A stretch of 64,000 nt of DNA from an uncultured Acidobacteriota bacterium (lineage in GTDB: Bacteria; Acidobacteriota; Vicinamibacteria; Fen-336): the NCBI GenBank assembly GCA_963818355.1, contig CAWFSB010000059.1:137238-201237 (forward strand). The letters run 5' to 3'. Positions 1 through 12,604 of this stretch are shown piece by piece; the first letter of the stretch is position 1; each line of letters begins with the position of its first letter. A program made the position numbers and the translations under genes. The notes beneath the pieces are model-generated. The model had not been told where the DNA came from, made no database searches, and was given only the letters and a program-made list of their open reading frames with translations.

Positions 1-1
1 T

Positions 2-64
2 ATCGGGATCATCTCGGACAAGATGATCGAAGAGGCGGGAGGCGTCGTCGGCGGCCAGCCGTAG
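2..64 (+). CDS. 3' end of an unidentified CDS entering from upstream of the window (partial)
   Basis: Frame 2 reads IGIISDKMIEEAGGVVGGQP then TAG at 62-64. A hairpin plus T-tract follows. Too short to name. Confidence 0.3.
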   Translation: MGIISDKMIEEAGGVVGGQP

Positions 65-93
65 CCCGCAGGCGCCGCCGGAAGACGTCCTCG

Positions 94-124
94 AAGGGGC
101 CCCGCGAGGGGCCCTTTCCTTTTG
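94..124 (+). terminator. Rho-independent terminator candidate
   Basis: aaggg(g)cccc-gcga-ggggccctt stem-loop (GCGA tetraloop, one bulge) followed by tccttttg, directly after the partial CDS. Confidence 0.5.
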
Positions 125-165
125 CCCTAGAGCCTCGACCGCTCACGGGCGGAGCGCGGAGGGGG

Positions 166-366
166 CTACTCGGCTTGGGCCTGGGGCATCACGAGCCAGA
201 GCACCAGGTAGACCAGGATGCCCGGGAAGGCCGCTGAGCAGACCGACACGACCACGTAGAGGACCCGGACGACGGTGGGGTCCCAGCCCAGCCAGTCCGC
301 GAAGCCCCCGCACACTCCGGCCAGCATCCGGTGGCGGCGAGAGCGGTGCAGCGGCTTGCCGGTCAT
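166..366 (-). CDS. PspC-domain small membrane protein (66 aa)
   Basis: Tail of track ORF 166..1539(-): MTGKPLHRSRRHRMLAGVCGGFADWLGWDPTVVRVLYVVVSV... This is the typical PspC motif (R..MLaGVCgGlA.yfg.dp..vR) plus one TM helix. ATG at 364-366. Confidence 0.75.
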   Translation of the reverse strand: MTGKPLHRSRRHRMLAGVCGGFADWLGWDPTVVRVLYVVVSVCSAAFPGILVYLVLWLVMPQAQAE

Positions 367-480
367 GGCCAAGAACCTCCTCACCCGGACTTTACGACGG
401 GCGAGCGTCTGGGGATCCCCGATTCCCGGCCCCCCGGCCGAAAGACCGGCGGATCCCGACAACCCAGCGCCGCCGTCAAC

Positions 481-516
481 GAAAAAGGGCGCTCCCCCGG
501 GGGGAAGCGCCCTTCG
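481..516 (-). terminator. Rho-independent terminator after the TPR gene
   Basis: On the minus strand: AAGGGCGCTTCCCCCCGGGGGAGCGCCCTT hairpin followed by TTTTC. Lies 27 nt downstream of the stop at 543. Confidence 0.65.
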
Positions 517-542
517 CGGGCCGATCCGGCCCGGGACGCCTA

Positions 543-1604
543 CTAGGGCTTCGAGGCCTCGGCCGCCGCCGCCGCCTCGGGCGGGATGTCGGCGCCCGCG
601 CCCGCGGCGGTCGCGGCCTGGGACTCCTTGCGCAGCTCCATCGCCTGCTTCTGCAGCAGCACCGCCTGCTCGAGGTACTGCTTGCGGGCCGCCGGGTTGG
701 GGGCCACCTGGGCCTTCACGCGGTAGAGCAGGCCCTTCGTGATGATCGCCTCCCAGTAGTCGGGCTTGGCCTCGAGCGAGATGTTCACCGTCTCGATGCC
801 CTTGTCGGCGAACTCGTTCTTCTCCTTGTCGCTGAGATTCGGGTCGCGGTAGGCCTTGTCCCAGTAGAACATCGCGAGCTTGTAGTGGCCGCTCGGGTCG
901 GCCGTGTCGATGTCCGCGCAACGGTCGAGGGTCGCGATGGCCGCGTCGAACTTCGCGCGGCGGGCGCTCTTGCTCGACTCCACCCAGACCTGGCCCTTGT
1001 CGTCCCACAGGGGCTTGTTGTAGAAGGCGGCGAGCGCCCCGCAGGCCTTGGCGTCCTTCGGGTTCTGCTCGCTGACCTTCACGTAGGTCTGCTCCGCCTC
1101 CGCCACGCGGCCGAACTTCTCGTAGAGGTTCGCCATCGCGTAGAGGTTCTTGACGTCGTTGGGGTTGTCCTTGACGAGGAGCTCCGCGTAGGCGAGGGCC
1201 TTCTCGTAGTTCGACAGCGGCGGCTCCGAGTAGATCGCGGTGAGCGCGCCGAGCGTGTTCAGGCGGAGCTGCTGGAGGTTGGGCGTGCCGCCCTTGTTCA
1301 GCTCGAGCGCGCGCTCGAAGTGCTCGATGGCCTTGTCCAGCCGCATCCGGTTCTCTTCCCCCTCCTTGCCCGGCCGGTAGAGGGACTGCTGGGAGCTGGC
1401 CAGGTAGAAGTGGGCCTCCGCGAAGTCGGGCTTGAGCTGCACCGCCCTCTCGTACTCGTCGATGGCCTTGCGGTAGTTCTCTTCCTTGTAGAGCCTGTTG
1501 CCGTCCTTGAAGGCCGCCTTCGCCCGCACCAGGTCGCAACCGACGCTGAGCAGGACGAGGGGCAGAAGGGCGGCGAGCACAGGTGCGCGATATCGGGTTC
1601 TCAT
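543..1604 (-). CDS. TPR-repeat protein with signal peptide and a possible lipobox (LLSVGC)
   Basis: ORF 543..1685(-), start trimmed to MRTRYRAPVLAALLPLVLLSVGC. Repeated TPR-like segments (YRKAIDEYERAVQLKPDFAEAHFYLA, YEKALAYAELLVKDNPNDVKNLYAMANLY). Confidence 0.8.
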   Translation of the reverse strand: MRTRYRAPVLAALLPLVLLSVGCDLVRAKAAFKDGNRLYKEENYRKAIDEYERAVQLKPDFAEAHFYLASSQQSLYRPGKEGEENRMRLDKAIEHFERALELNKGGTPNLQQLRLNTLGALTAIYSEPPLSNYEKALAYAELLVKDNPNDVKNLYAMANLYEKFGRVAEAEQTYVKVSEQNPKDAKACGALAAFYNKPLWDDKGQVWVESSKSARRAKFDAAIATLDRCADIDTADPSGHYKLAMFYWDKAYRDPNLSDKEKNEFADKGIETVNISLEAKPDYWEAIITKGLLYRVKAQVAPNPAARKQYLEQAVLLQKQAMELRKESQAATAAGAGADIPPEAAAAAEASKP

Positions 1605-1655
1605 CGGCCGTCTCCCGGGAAAGTCATTGAATACAATAGGGCTCCGAGGCAGCGG

Positions 1656-1685
1656 ATTATAGTCGCGTGCGGAAACAGGAGTCAA
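1656..1685 (-). promoter_or_regulatory. Sigma70-type promoter candidate for the TPR gene
   Basis: Minus strand: TTGACT (1685-1680), 18-nt spacer, TATAAT (1661-1656), then CCGC. About 45-nt leader to the ATG at 1604. Confidence 0.55.
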
Positions 1686-1744
1686 GGAAGCGGACGGCTC
1701 ATTTGACCCCTCCCCCCGTGGTCCCTAGACTCGTTCCACAGGCC

Positions 1745-3910
1745 ATGATCCGCTTCGAGGACATCCAGGAGACGGTCCAGCGCCACCACCCCGACACCGA
1801 CCTCGAGATCCTCCGCAAGGCGTACATCTTCTCGGCGGTCGAGCACAAGGGCCAGGTCCGCGCTTCGGGCGAGCCCTACCTCGTGCACCCCCTCGAGGTG
1901 GCCGCGATCCTGGCCGAGATGCGGATGGACCCGGTCTGCGTGGCGGTGGGCCTGCTGCACGACGTCCTCGAGGACACCCTCACCACCCCCGAGCGCCTCC
2001 TGGAGTACTTCGGCCCCGACGTCCTCCACATCGTGGAGGGCGTCACCAAGATCTCGAAGATCCCCTTCGCCACCACCGAGGAGCGCCAGGCCGAGACGTA
2101 CCGGAAGATGCTCCTCGCCATGGTCGACGACATCCGGGTGATCCTGGTCAAGCTCGCCGACCGGCTCCACAACATGCGGACGCTGCAGCACCTGCCCGAA
2201 GACCGGCAGCAGCGCATCTCGCGCGAGACGCTCGACATCTACGCCCCGATCGCGGGGCGGCTCGGGATGGCCAAGGTCAAGAACGAGCTCGAGGACCTCG
2301 CCTTCCGCCACCACGACCCCCCCGGCTACGAAGCCCTCGCCGCGAGGGTCGCGGAAAGGCGCGAGCGCGCCGCCGCCTTCGTGGAGAAGATCCGGACCAC
2401 GGTGGCGGAGAAGCTGCGCTCGGCCGGGGTCGAGGCCCGGATCGAGGGGCGCATCAAGCGTCTCCACTCGATCCAGCAGAAGCTCAAGCGCCAGAAGATC
2501 GACCTCGAGCAGGTCTACGACTTCGTGGCCCTGCGGGTCCTGGTCAACGGCGTGCCCGACTGCTACGCGGCGCTCGGCGTCCTGCACAACACCTGGCGCC
2601 CGGTCCCGGGGCGGATCAAGGACTTCATCGCCATGCCCCGCCCGAACGGCTACCAGTCCCTGCACACCTCCGTCTTCTCGGAGGACGGCCACCCTTTCGA
2701 AGTGCAGATCCGCACCCACGACATGCACCGCATCGCCGAGGAGGGAATCGCCGCCCACTGGAAGTACAAGGAGGGCCGCACCGGGGTCGACAAGGACGAC
2801 CACGCGTTCTCCTGGCTGCGGCAGCTGCTCGAGTGGCAGCAGGAGGTCAAGGACCCCCACGAGTTCCTGAACTCGCTCAAGCTCGACCTCTACCCCGAGG
2901 AGGTGTACTGCTTCACCCCCAAGGGCGAGGTGAAGATGCTGCCGCGGGGCGCCTCGCCCATCGACTTCGCCTACGCCATCCACACCGAGGTCGGCCACCA
3001 GTGCGTGGGAGCGCGCGTCAACGGCAAGATGGTGCCGCTGCGCTACAAGCTCAAGAACGGCGACATCGTGGAGATCCTCACCTCCTCCGGCCACAAGCCG
3101 AGCCGCGACTGGCTCGGCTTCACCGTCACCAACAAGGCCAAGGCCAGGGTCCGCCACTACCTCAACACCACCGAGAAGCAGCAGGCGCTCGAGATCGGCC
3201 GCAAGCACCTCGAGCGCGAGCTGCGCCGCTACGACCTCTCGCTGAAGAAGGTCGTCTCCGAGCCCTCGCCCCTCGAGTCGCTGGCGCAGGAGCTCGGCGT
3301 CGGCTCCCGCCTCGACGACCTCTTCGCCGCCCTCGGCTACGGCAAGGTCTCGGTCCGCCAGGTGCTCGCCCGGCTCCTCCCGCCGGAGAAGCTCCAGGCG
3401 CCTCCGGAGAAGCCGCGCCCCGTCGTCGACGCGGTCAAGCGCTTCCTGCGGCGAAACGACGAGCGGATCACGGTGAAGGGCACGGACGACCTCCTCGTCT
3501 ACCGGGCCAAGTGCTGCAACCCCATCATGGGCGAGCCCATCGTCGGCTACATCACGCGGGGCAAGGGCGTCTCCGTGCACTCGGTGAAGTGCCCCAACGT
3601 CACGAACCTCGCCTACGACCCCGACCGGCGCATCGCGGTGGAGTGGGAGGCGGGGGCCGAGGGAGGCTACGAGGTGCGCCTCGCGGTGGGCCTCCAGGAC
3701 CGCCCGGGAGCGCTCGCCGCGGTGACCGCGGCCCTGGCCGCGCTGCAGACCGACGTTCGCGACGCGCAGGTCCGCACCTTCGACGACCGGACGGCCTCGA
3801 TCGAGATCACCGTTCGCATCAACGACCTCAAGCACCTCGACAAGGTGCTCAAGTCCGTGCGCGGCGTCACCGGGGTGACCGACGTGGCCCGCCAGGCCGT
3901 GCCCCGCTGA
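1745..3910 (+). CDS. rel: Bifunctional (p)ppGpp synthetase/hydrolase, RelA/SpoT family
   Basis: ORF 1667..3910(+), start at MIRFEDIQ. HD hydrolase motifs (HPLEVA, LLHDVLEDT), synthetase region (RIKDFIAMPRPNGYQSLHT), TGS and C-terminal ACT-like region. Intact frame. Confidence 0.95.
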   Translation: MIRFEDIQETVQRHHPDTDLEILRKAYIFSAVEHKGQVRASGEPYLVHPLEVAAILAEMRMDPVCVAVGLLHDVLEDTLTTPERLLEYFGPDVLHIVEGVTKISKIPFATTEERQAETYRKMLLAMVDDIRVILVKLADRLHNMRTLQHLPEDRQQRISRETLDIYAPIAGRLGMAKVKNELEDLAFRHHDPPGYEALAARVAERRERAAAFVEKIRTTVAEKLRSAGVEARIEGRIKRLHSIQQKLKRQKIDLEQVYDFVALRVLVNGVPDCYAALGVLHNTWRPVPGRIKDFIAMPRPNGYQSLHTSVFSEDGHPFEVQIRTHDMHRIAEEGIAAHWKYKEGRTGVDKDDHAFSWLRQLLEWQQEVKDPHEFLNSLKLDLYPEEVYCFTPKGEVKMLPRGASPIDFAYAIHTEVGHQCVGARVNGKMVPLRYKLKNGDIVEILTSSGHKPSRDWLGFTVTNKAKARVRHYLNTTEKQQALEIGRKHLERELRRYDLSLKKVVSEPSPLESLAQELGVGSRLDDLFAALGYGKVSVRQVLARLLPPEKLQAPPEKPRPVVDAVKRFLRRNDERITVKGTDDLLVYRAKCCNPIMGEPIVGYITRGKGVSVHSVKCPNVTNLAYDPDRRIAVEWEAGAEGGYEVRLAVGLQDRPGALAAVTAALAALQTDVRDAQVRTFDDRTASIEITVRINDLKHLDKVLKSVRGVTGVTDVARQAVPR

Positions 3911-3989
3911 GCCAGCGAAACGGCGAAACGGTTTGCGCCCGCCGCGCACACCGGGTAGGCTCCCGTCACTCCCTCCAGGAGGTCCGACC

Positions 3990-4370
3990 GTGCCCACCAA
4001 GTATGTTTCGACACCCCAGGCGCCCCTGCCGATCGGCCCCTACTCGCAGGGCGTCATCTCGGGAGGATTCCTCTTCTGCTCCGGGCAGATCGCCATCGAC
4101 CCGGAGACCGGGGAGATCGTCGAGGGGGACGTGGCCGCCCAGACCGAGCGCGTGCTGCAGAACCTGATCGCCGTCCTGCGGGAGGCCAAGATGGGACCGG
4201 AGAACGTGGTGAAGGCCACGGTCTACCTGGCCGACATGGCCGACTTCCCGAAGATGAACGAGGTCTACGGGCGCTACCTGGGAGCGAAGCCCCCGGCGCG
4301 CACCACGATCGCCGCGGCAGGCCTGCCCCGCGCGGTCAAGGTGGAGATCGACGTGATCGCGGGGTACTGA
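3990..4370 (+). CDS. ridA: RidA/YjgF/UK114-family reactive-intermediate deaminase
   Basis: GTG at 3990 preceded by AGGAGG (3977-3982). Sequence PIGPYSQGV...LFCSGQIAIDPETGEIV...KATVYLADMADFPKMNEVY...PARTTI is typical of the family. Confidence 0.85.
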   Translation: MPTKYVSTPQAPLPIGPYSQGVISGGFLFCSGQIAIDPETGEIVEGDVAAQTERVLQNLIAVLREAKMGPENVVKATVYLADMADFPKMNEVYGRYLGAKPPARTTIAAAGLPRAVKVEIDVIAGY

Positions 4371-4595
4371 CTAGGCCGTTGCGGTCTTGGCCTTCGGCTG
4401 GGGGGCCGGCTTGGCCACCTTGCCGGACCGCAGGCAGCGGGTGCAGACCCGCACCGTCTTGTGGGTGCCCTTGCCGACCACCGCCCGCACCGACTGGAGG
4501 TTGGGGTTGAAGCGCCGATGGGTCACGTTGTGGGCGTGGCTGACCCGATTCCCAAACTGCGGGCCCTTGCCGCAGATGTCGCACCGCTGAGCCAT
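4371..4595 (-). CDS. rpmB: 50S ribosomal protein L28
   Basis: [34 protein letters not shown]... Its stop codon abuts the ridA stop (convergent). Confidence 0.9.
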   Translation of the reverse strand: MAQRCDICGKGPQFGNRVSHAHNVTHRRFNPNLQSVRAVVGKGTHKTVRVCTRCLRSGKVAKPAPQPKAKTATA

Positions 4596-4646
4596 GACGA
4601 ACGTCCTCCCGTAAGGGCCCGATACCGGCCCGAAACGCAAAAGCCA

Positions 4647-4675
4647 AGTATATTGAGGGGCTTCGGCTCCGTCAA
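4647..4675 (-). promoter_or_regulatory. Sigma70-type promoter candidate for rpmB
   Basis: Minus strand: TTGACG (4675-4670), 17-nt spacer, TATACT (4652-4647). About 45-nt leader ending in GGGAGGA before the ATG. Confidence 0.6.
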
Positions 4676-4734
4676 GCGCGGTGGCCGGGCTGTCGGGCGG
4701 CGGGGCCGCGTGCTATAGTCCCCGCGCCCGAGTC

Positions 4735-6427
4735 ATGGTCCAGTTCAACTTCAGCGAGAGGACCATCAAAGCCAAGGTGGTCTATTACGGACCGCCGCAG
4801 TCCGGCAAGACCACCAACCTCGAGCAGATCCACCGCATCAGCGACCCCGAGGGGTCGAACCGGCTGATCTCGCTCAACACGGCGCAGGACCGGACGCTCT
4901 TCTTCGACCTGCTGCCCTTCAGCCTCGGCACCGTCTCCGGCTACGACTTCAAGATCCAGCTCTACACCGTGCCGGGCCAGGTCCAGTACAACGCCACCCG
5001 GCGGGTGGTGCTGGCCGGTGCGGACGCGGTCGTCTTCGTCGCGGACGGCCAGAAGTCGATGGCGCGCGAGAACCTGACCGCCTTCGAGAACATGAAGGTC
5101 AACCTCCTGGCCAACCGCCTGGTGCCGGAGAAGGTCCCGCTCGTCCTGCAGTACAACAAGCAGGACCTCGACGGCCTCCTCCCGCGGGCCGAGCTCGACC
5201 AGACGCTGAACTTCTGGGGCCGGAAGGCCTTCCCCGCGGTGGCCGCGCGCGGCGAGGGTGTCATGGAGACGTTCATGGCGGTGGTGCAGGACATGCTCGG
5301 CGCCATCGCGCTCAAGTACAACCTGAAGGAGAAGGGGCTCGACCCGGAGGCCGTCCCGGAGATCGTCGCCCAGGCCTTCGCCGCGATCGTCCGGAGATCG
5401 CCCTCGTCCGCTCCGCCCTCGCCCCCACCCCCGCGCGTCGTGATCGCCCAGCCCGAGGGGACGGAGCCGGCCTACCCGGGCCAGGTCGGTGCGGAGGTCA
5501 GCCCCGTCTCCGAGGAGCTGCTCCATCGGGCGATCCGCTCGAACGTCGAGCTCGCGGAGGCGCTCAGCCAGGTCGTCCGGGACCTCAGCCAGGGCGTCGC
5601 CACCATCCATGCGCAGGCCGACCAGCTGACGCTCGCCCGCGAGGACGGCTCGCGCGGCACGGCGATCGCCGCCATCCAGCGCGAGGTCCGCCGCCTTCAG
5701 CTCGTGCTGCGCGAGGTCGGCCAGGCCGCGTCCGCCGGCCGCGCCGCCCTTCCCGGTCGCGCCCCCGCGCCTCCGCAGGTTCCGCCGACGCCGCCCCGCG
5801 GCACCACCGCGGCCCCCGCACCGCTCCCTCGACCCGCCGCCGCCTTCCCGCCGCCGGCCGCGTCCGCCCTGCCCGCCCCGCCCCGGCTCACGCCCCCGCC
5901 CCTCCCGGTTCCGGTCCGCCCCCCGGCGGCGCCGAGTGCGCCCCCGGCCCCGAGTGCGCCCCGGCGGCGCCCCGGCGGCTGCGGCGAGCCTCGACCGCCT
6001 GGTGGCCGAGGTGCTGGCGGGGGTCAGCGTCGCGCTGGCCGCCCGCCGGGTCAGCGTGGAGAACCGCATCGTCAGCGGGGCCCCCCTGCCGCGCTGCTCG
6101 CCCGCCGGCCTTCGCCGTGCGGTCGGCTCGCTGGTGCAGGGGCTGGCGGGGGCGGTGACGCCGGCCACCGCCATCCTCGTCCGCGCGGAGAAGAAGCCCG
6201 TCCTCCTGCGCGGCCGCGACGGCAGCGAGGTGAAGCGGGACTTCCTGATGATCGCGCTCACCCACGCGTCCGGGCTCGCCGAGGCGGACCAGCAGCGCGT
6301 CCTCAAGGGAGGCGACACCGGGGCACTCGGCGAGTCGCACCGCCTCGTCCGCGAGATGGGCGGCTTCATGCGCTTCGCGCCCCTGCCAGGCGGCGCGCTC
6401 GAGACCCGCGTCTTCCTGCCCGCCTGA
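4735..6427 (+). CDS. MglA-family small GTPase fused to helical segment, Pro/Ala-rich linker and degenerate HATPase_c-like domain (frame change near 5930-5975)
   Basis: The N-terminal ~195 aa align motif-for-motif with MglA as I recall it: GPPQSGKTT, DRTLFFD, YTVPGQ, NKQD. No stop follows the GTPase domain. The C-terminal part is read from ORF 5936..6427 (…FLMIALTHASGL…GALGESHRLVREMGGFMRFAPLPGGALETRVFLPA). Confidence 0.7.
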
Positions 6428-6428
6428 G

Positions 6429-6465
6429 CCCCGCGCGCGCGCCAGCCCGGACGCGCGCGCGAGGG
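6429..6465. terminator. GC-rich (CG)n hairpin between convergent genes, possible bidirectional terminator
   Basis: cccgcgcgcgcg-ccagcccgga-cgcgcgcgcgaggg inverted repeat. There is no U-tract, so function is uncertain. Confidence 0.3.
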
Positions 6466-6505
6466 ACCTCGAAGGCCCCGGTGAAGGCCGTCCCGGCCGC
6501 CTCTC

Positions 6506-7287
6506 CTACACTCCCGCTCCAGCAGCTCCCGCAGCGCGAAGGCGTCCGCGACGACGTGGTCGGGCCGGTGAGCGAACCGCTCGAGGTCCCTCTCGCGCGA
6601 GACGCCGGTCAGGACCAGGACCGTCGTCATCCCGCTCTGCACCCCGGCGATGATGTCCGTCTCCATGTTGTCCCCGACCATGCAGGCCTCCGCCGAGTGG
6701 GCCGCCATGTGCCGCAGCCCCGCCCGCATCATGAAGGCCGAGGGCTTGCCCACGTAGAAGGGCGACTTGCCGGTGATCCGCTCGATCGGGGCGGCGAAAG
6801 CGCCGCAGCTCGGCCGCCCGAACGGGCCGGCCACGTCGGGGTTGGTGGCGACGAAGCGCGCGCCCTTCTGGATGAGCGCGGAGGCGCGCTGGATCATCTC
6901 GAAGTTGTAGTGGCGCGTCTCCCCGAGCACCACGAAGTCGGCCTCCGTCTCCGAGATCGTGAAGCCGATCTTGTAGAGCTCGTGCACGAGCGCGCCCTCG
7001 CCGACCACGAAGGCCCGCCGGCGCGTACCCGCCTGCTTGTCGAGGAACTCCGCGGTGGCCATGGCCGAGGTGAAGAAGTGACTCGGCGGCACCGTGATCC
7101 CCGACCCCGCCATGCGGCCCGCGAGGTCGGCCGGAGTCTGGGAGGGGTAGTTCGTGAGGAACAGGAAGCGCTGCCCCGACGAGAGGAGCCACGACACGAG
7201 CTCCGCCGCCCCCGGCAGCGGCTCGTCGTCCTTCAGGATGACTCCGTCGATGTCGATCAGGAAGGCGCTGGGCGCCACCTCGCTCAC
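6506..7287 (-). CDS. HAD-superfamily subfamily IIA hydrolase (NagD-like sugar phosphatase); 3' end uncertain
   Basis: GTG at 7287. FLIDIDGVI…, …VGDNMETDIIAGVQSGMTTVLVLTGV… The domain ends near 6510, but the frame has no stop until 4672. A TAG at 6506 sits in the adjacent frame. Confidence 0.7.
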
Positions 7288-8705
7288 AGGACCTCCGGGC
7301 CCGCCCCGCCCGTCTCTCCCGCCGCGAGCTCGAACGACTCGCCGTGCGCGGGGACCCGCGCCTCGAACCCGCGCTCCCGCGTGATGCGCGAGGCCAGAGC
7401 CTCCGCCGACTCCGGCTCGCCGTGGGTCACGAAGACGGTCCGGGGCGCGCGCCGCACGCCGGAGAGCCAGCGCATCATCTCTCCCGCGTCAGCATGCCCG
7501 GAGAGGCCCTTGAGGTCCCGGATCTCGGCCAGGACCGGCACCTCGCCCTTGTGGATCCGGACCGTGCTCGCGCCGTCGAGGAGGGCCCGGCCGAGCGTCC
7601 CCACCGCCTGGTAGCCGGTGATCAACAGCGTGTTCTCGGGGTGGGGGAGCCGCTGCCGGCAGTGGTGCAGGATGCGGCCCCCGGACAGCATGCCGCTCGA
7701 GGAGAGGATGACGGCCGGGCCCCTCATCTTGTTGAGGGCCTCCGACTCCGCGCGCGTGCGGTGGAACTGCACCCACTTGCCGTGGAGGAGGCTGCGGCCC
7801 CCGATGCTGTTGAGGCCCACCTTCGATCCCTCGGGGTGAGCGGCGTAGATGCGGGTGGCGTCGATCGCCATCGGGCTGTCCACGTGGATCGGGAAGGGTC
7901 GCATCCGGCCCGCGGTCACGAGCTCGTCCATCAGGAAGATCATCTGCTGGGCGCGGCCCACGGCGAAGGCGGGGATGAGGAGAACCCCTCCCCGGGCGAA
8001 GGTCTTCTTGAGAACACCCTCCAGCTGGTCGAGCACGGACAGCGCGGGGTGCGTCCGGTTGCCGTAGGTGCTCTCGACGACCAGGTAATCGGCGTCGGGC
8101 GCCGGCTCGGGGTCCTTCGTCAGCACGGCGTCGAAGCGGCCCACGTCGCCGCTGAAGAGGACACGCGTCTCGCGGCCGTCCTCGCGCACCGTGACTTCCG
8201 CGGAGGCGGCGCCGAGGAGGTGCCCGGCGTCCCGGTAGGTGAACGAGAACGCGTGGTTCACCTCCTGGGGCCGGCCGAGGGGCAGGGGCCGGAGAAGCGC
8301 GAGCGCCTCCCGCACGTCCGTCTCGTCGAAGAGCGGCAGCGCGGGGCTGTGCTTCGTGAGGCCCTTGCGGTTGAGGTACTCGGCGTCTTCCTGCTGCAGG
8401 TGGGCCGCGTCGAGCAGCAGGATCTCCGCCAGCTCCTGCGTGGGAGGCGTGCAGTAGATCGGCCCCCGGAAGCCCTGCTTGACCAGGCGCGGCACGCGGC
8501 CGATGTGGTCGAGGTGGGTGTGGGTGAGGACCATCGCGTCCACCCGGGCCGGGTCGAACTCCGGGTCCGCCCAGTTCCGGAGCCGCAGGGCCTTCTCGCC
8601 CTGGAACATCCCGGAGTCCAGGAGGATCCGCCGGCCGCCGCCCTCGAGGAGGTACTGCGACCCGGTCACCGTCTGCGCCGCGCCGAGGAAGGTCAGTCTT
8701 GCCAT
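7284..8705 (-). CDS. MBL-fold metallo-hydrolase with beta-CASP / RNA-specificity domain
   Basis: Intact 473-aa ORF with THTHLDHIG metal motif and beta-CASP region. Its stop overlaps the HAD GTG start (GTGA at 7284-7287). Confidence 0.85.
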   Translation of the reverse strand: MARLTFLGAAQTVTGSQYLLEGGGRRILLDSGMFQGEKALRLRNWADPEFDPARVDAMVLTHTHLDHIGRVPRLVKQGFRGPIYCTPPTQELAEILLLDAAHLQQEDAEYLNRKGLTKHSPALPLFDETDVREALALLRPLPLGRPQEVNHAFSFTYRDAGHLLGAASAEVTVREDGRETRVLFSGDVGRFDAVLTKDPEPAPDADYLVVESTYGNRTHPALSVLDQLEGVLKKTFARGGVLLIPAFAVGRAQQMIFLMDELVTAGRMRPFPIHVDSPMAIDATRIYAAHPEGSKVGLNSIGGRSLLHGKWVQFHRTRAESEALNKMRGPAVILSSSGMLSGGRILHHCRQRLPHPENTLLITGYQAVGTLGRALLDGASTVRIHKGEVPVLAEIRDLKGLSGHADAGEMMRWLSGVRRAPRTVFVTHGEPESAEALASRITRERGFEARVPAHGESFELAAGETGGAGPEVL

Positions 8706-8784
8706 GGCGGAAGCATACCAGCCGCGGCCGCGCCGACCCCGGGGGGGGCGAGCCGGGCGCGAAGGCGGGCGGCAACGCCGGCGG

Positions 8785-11481
<2,697 letters not shown>

Positions 11482-11485
<4 letters not shown>

Positions 11486-12096
11486 GGCTTTCCTCTCTGC
11501 TGGGCGACTCCAGAGCTTATACCAGCGCGCCTTTCGCCCGAGACGGCGGGGCTGTCGGGATCGTAGAAGCGGAGCCGACGCTCCGCGGCGTGGCGGATGC
11601 CGACCCGGCGCGACACCGCGACGCGGCGCGGCGGGCGACCCTCTCGCAGCGTGAGCGGGGCGCTCCGCTCGAAGAGGTGCCGACCCGAGAGCCGCGTGTC
11701 GATCCCGAGCGCGCGGCAGAGCCTTCCGGGGCCGCGGCAGGCGTCCTCGGGCAGGCCGCTGCCCGGGAGGGGCTCCGCGGCGCGGACGAGGACGCAGCCG
11801 GCGACCCCGGGGCCGTCCACCGCCAGGTTCAGGCAGTGGTGCATCCCGTAGACGAAGTAGACGTAGAGGGTGCCCGGCGGCCCGAAGAGCGGCGCCGTGC
11901 GCGGCGTCGGGCCGCGGAAGACGTGGGCCGCGGGATCGGCCGCCCCGAGGTAGGCCTCAACCTCGACGATGCGCACCGCCCGCGTGCGCCCACGCACGCG
12001 GCGCACGAGAACGCAGCCGATCAGGCCGCGTGCGGCTTGTGCGGCCGGCCGTGAGAGCAGGGCCCGGAGCCGGGCCCTCGGGCGCGGGGAGGGCAC
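11482..12096 (-). CDS. mpg: DNA-3-methyladenine glycosylase (Mpg/AAG family)
   Basis: [17 protein letters not shown]…[17 protein letters not shown]. The stop overlaps the acnA ATG (ATGA at 11482-11485). Confidence 0.8.
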
Positions 12097-12136
12097 GCGG
12101 CGCAGTATAGACGGCGCCGCGTGCCGCGCGGCCGTC

Positions 12137-12277
12137 TCAGGCCGGCTCGTCGTCGAGCCGGCGCACGCCCGACTCGCGCCACACCACGCGCACGGAGATC
12201 GCGCGGACCACGTACCACGCGAAGGCCAGCACCGCCACCGTGGGCACCAGGGACGTCACCAGGTAAACGAATCGCAT
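12137..12277 (-). CDS. Small single-TM hypothetical protein (46 aa)
   Basis: MRFVYLVTSLVPTVAVLAFAWYVVRAI… ATG preceded by GGAGGAG 7 nt upstream. No recognisable family. Confidence 0.4.
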   Translation of the reverse strand: MRFVYLVTSLVPTVAVLAFAWYVVRAISVRVVWRESGVRRLDDEPA

Positions 12278-12513
12278 CCGTCTGCTCCTCCGCTTCGTCT
12301 CGGCGCACCCGAGCGCCCCACGCGAAGCCGTACCCGCCCCTCGCGGTCGAAACGCCGCCCGCGAGTGCGGACGCCACCGGTTGGCCTGGAGGAGGGACAG
12401 CACCGGGGCGAACGGCCCCGAGCTCAGCGACTGGGCTTCAAGGTGCTAGACGAGACAGACCATATCATGGGCCAAGGCTCCGTCCAAGCCCATGCTGTTG
12501 TGGTTCTGGGGGG

Positions 12514-12587
12514 TTGGCTGGGAGACAGGGATTCGAACCCCGATTCCATGGTCCAGAGCCATGTGTCCTACCGTTGGACGATCTCCC
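12514..12587 (-). tRNA. tRNA-Gln (anticodon CUG), CCA encoded
   Basis: Hand-folded cloverleaf: acceptor TGGGAGA/TCTCCCA, D arm GTCC-AACGGTA-GGAC, anticodon arm CATGG-CTCTGGA-CCATG, T arm CGGGG-TTCGAAT-CCCTG, then G-CCA. 74 nt. Confidence 0.85.
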
Positions 12588-12604
12588 AACGACGACGACC
12601 CTTC

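Noticed and set aside
1682-4000. 772-aa ORF on the minus strand opposite rel
   Set aside because: It is a shadow ORF of a GC-rich gene, with Arg/Gly/Ala/Val/Asp-rich low-information composition and no motifs. The plus-strand Rel homology is unambiguous.
5390-5990. Pro/Ala-rich stretch (PPSPPPP, APAPPQVPPTPP, PAAPSAPPAPSAP) that could be a tandem repeat, collagen-like array or CRISPR-like periodicity
   Set aside because: There are only short imperfect reiterations (for example ccgagtgcgcccc twice) and no regular repeat-spacer structure. It is best read as a low-complexity linker inside the MglA-fusion ORF.
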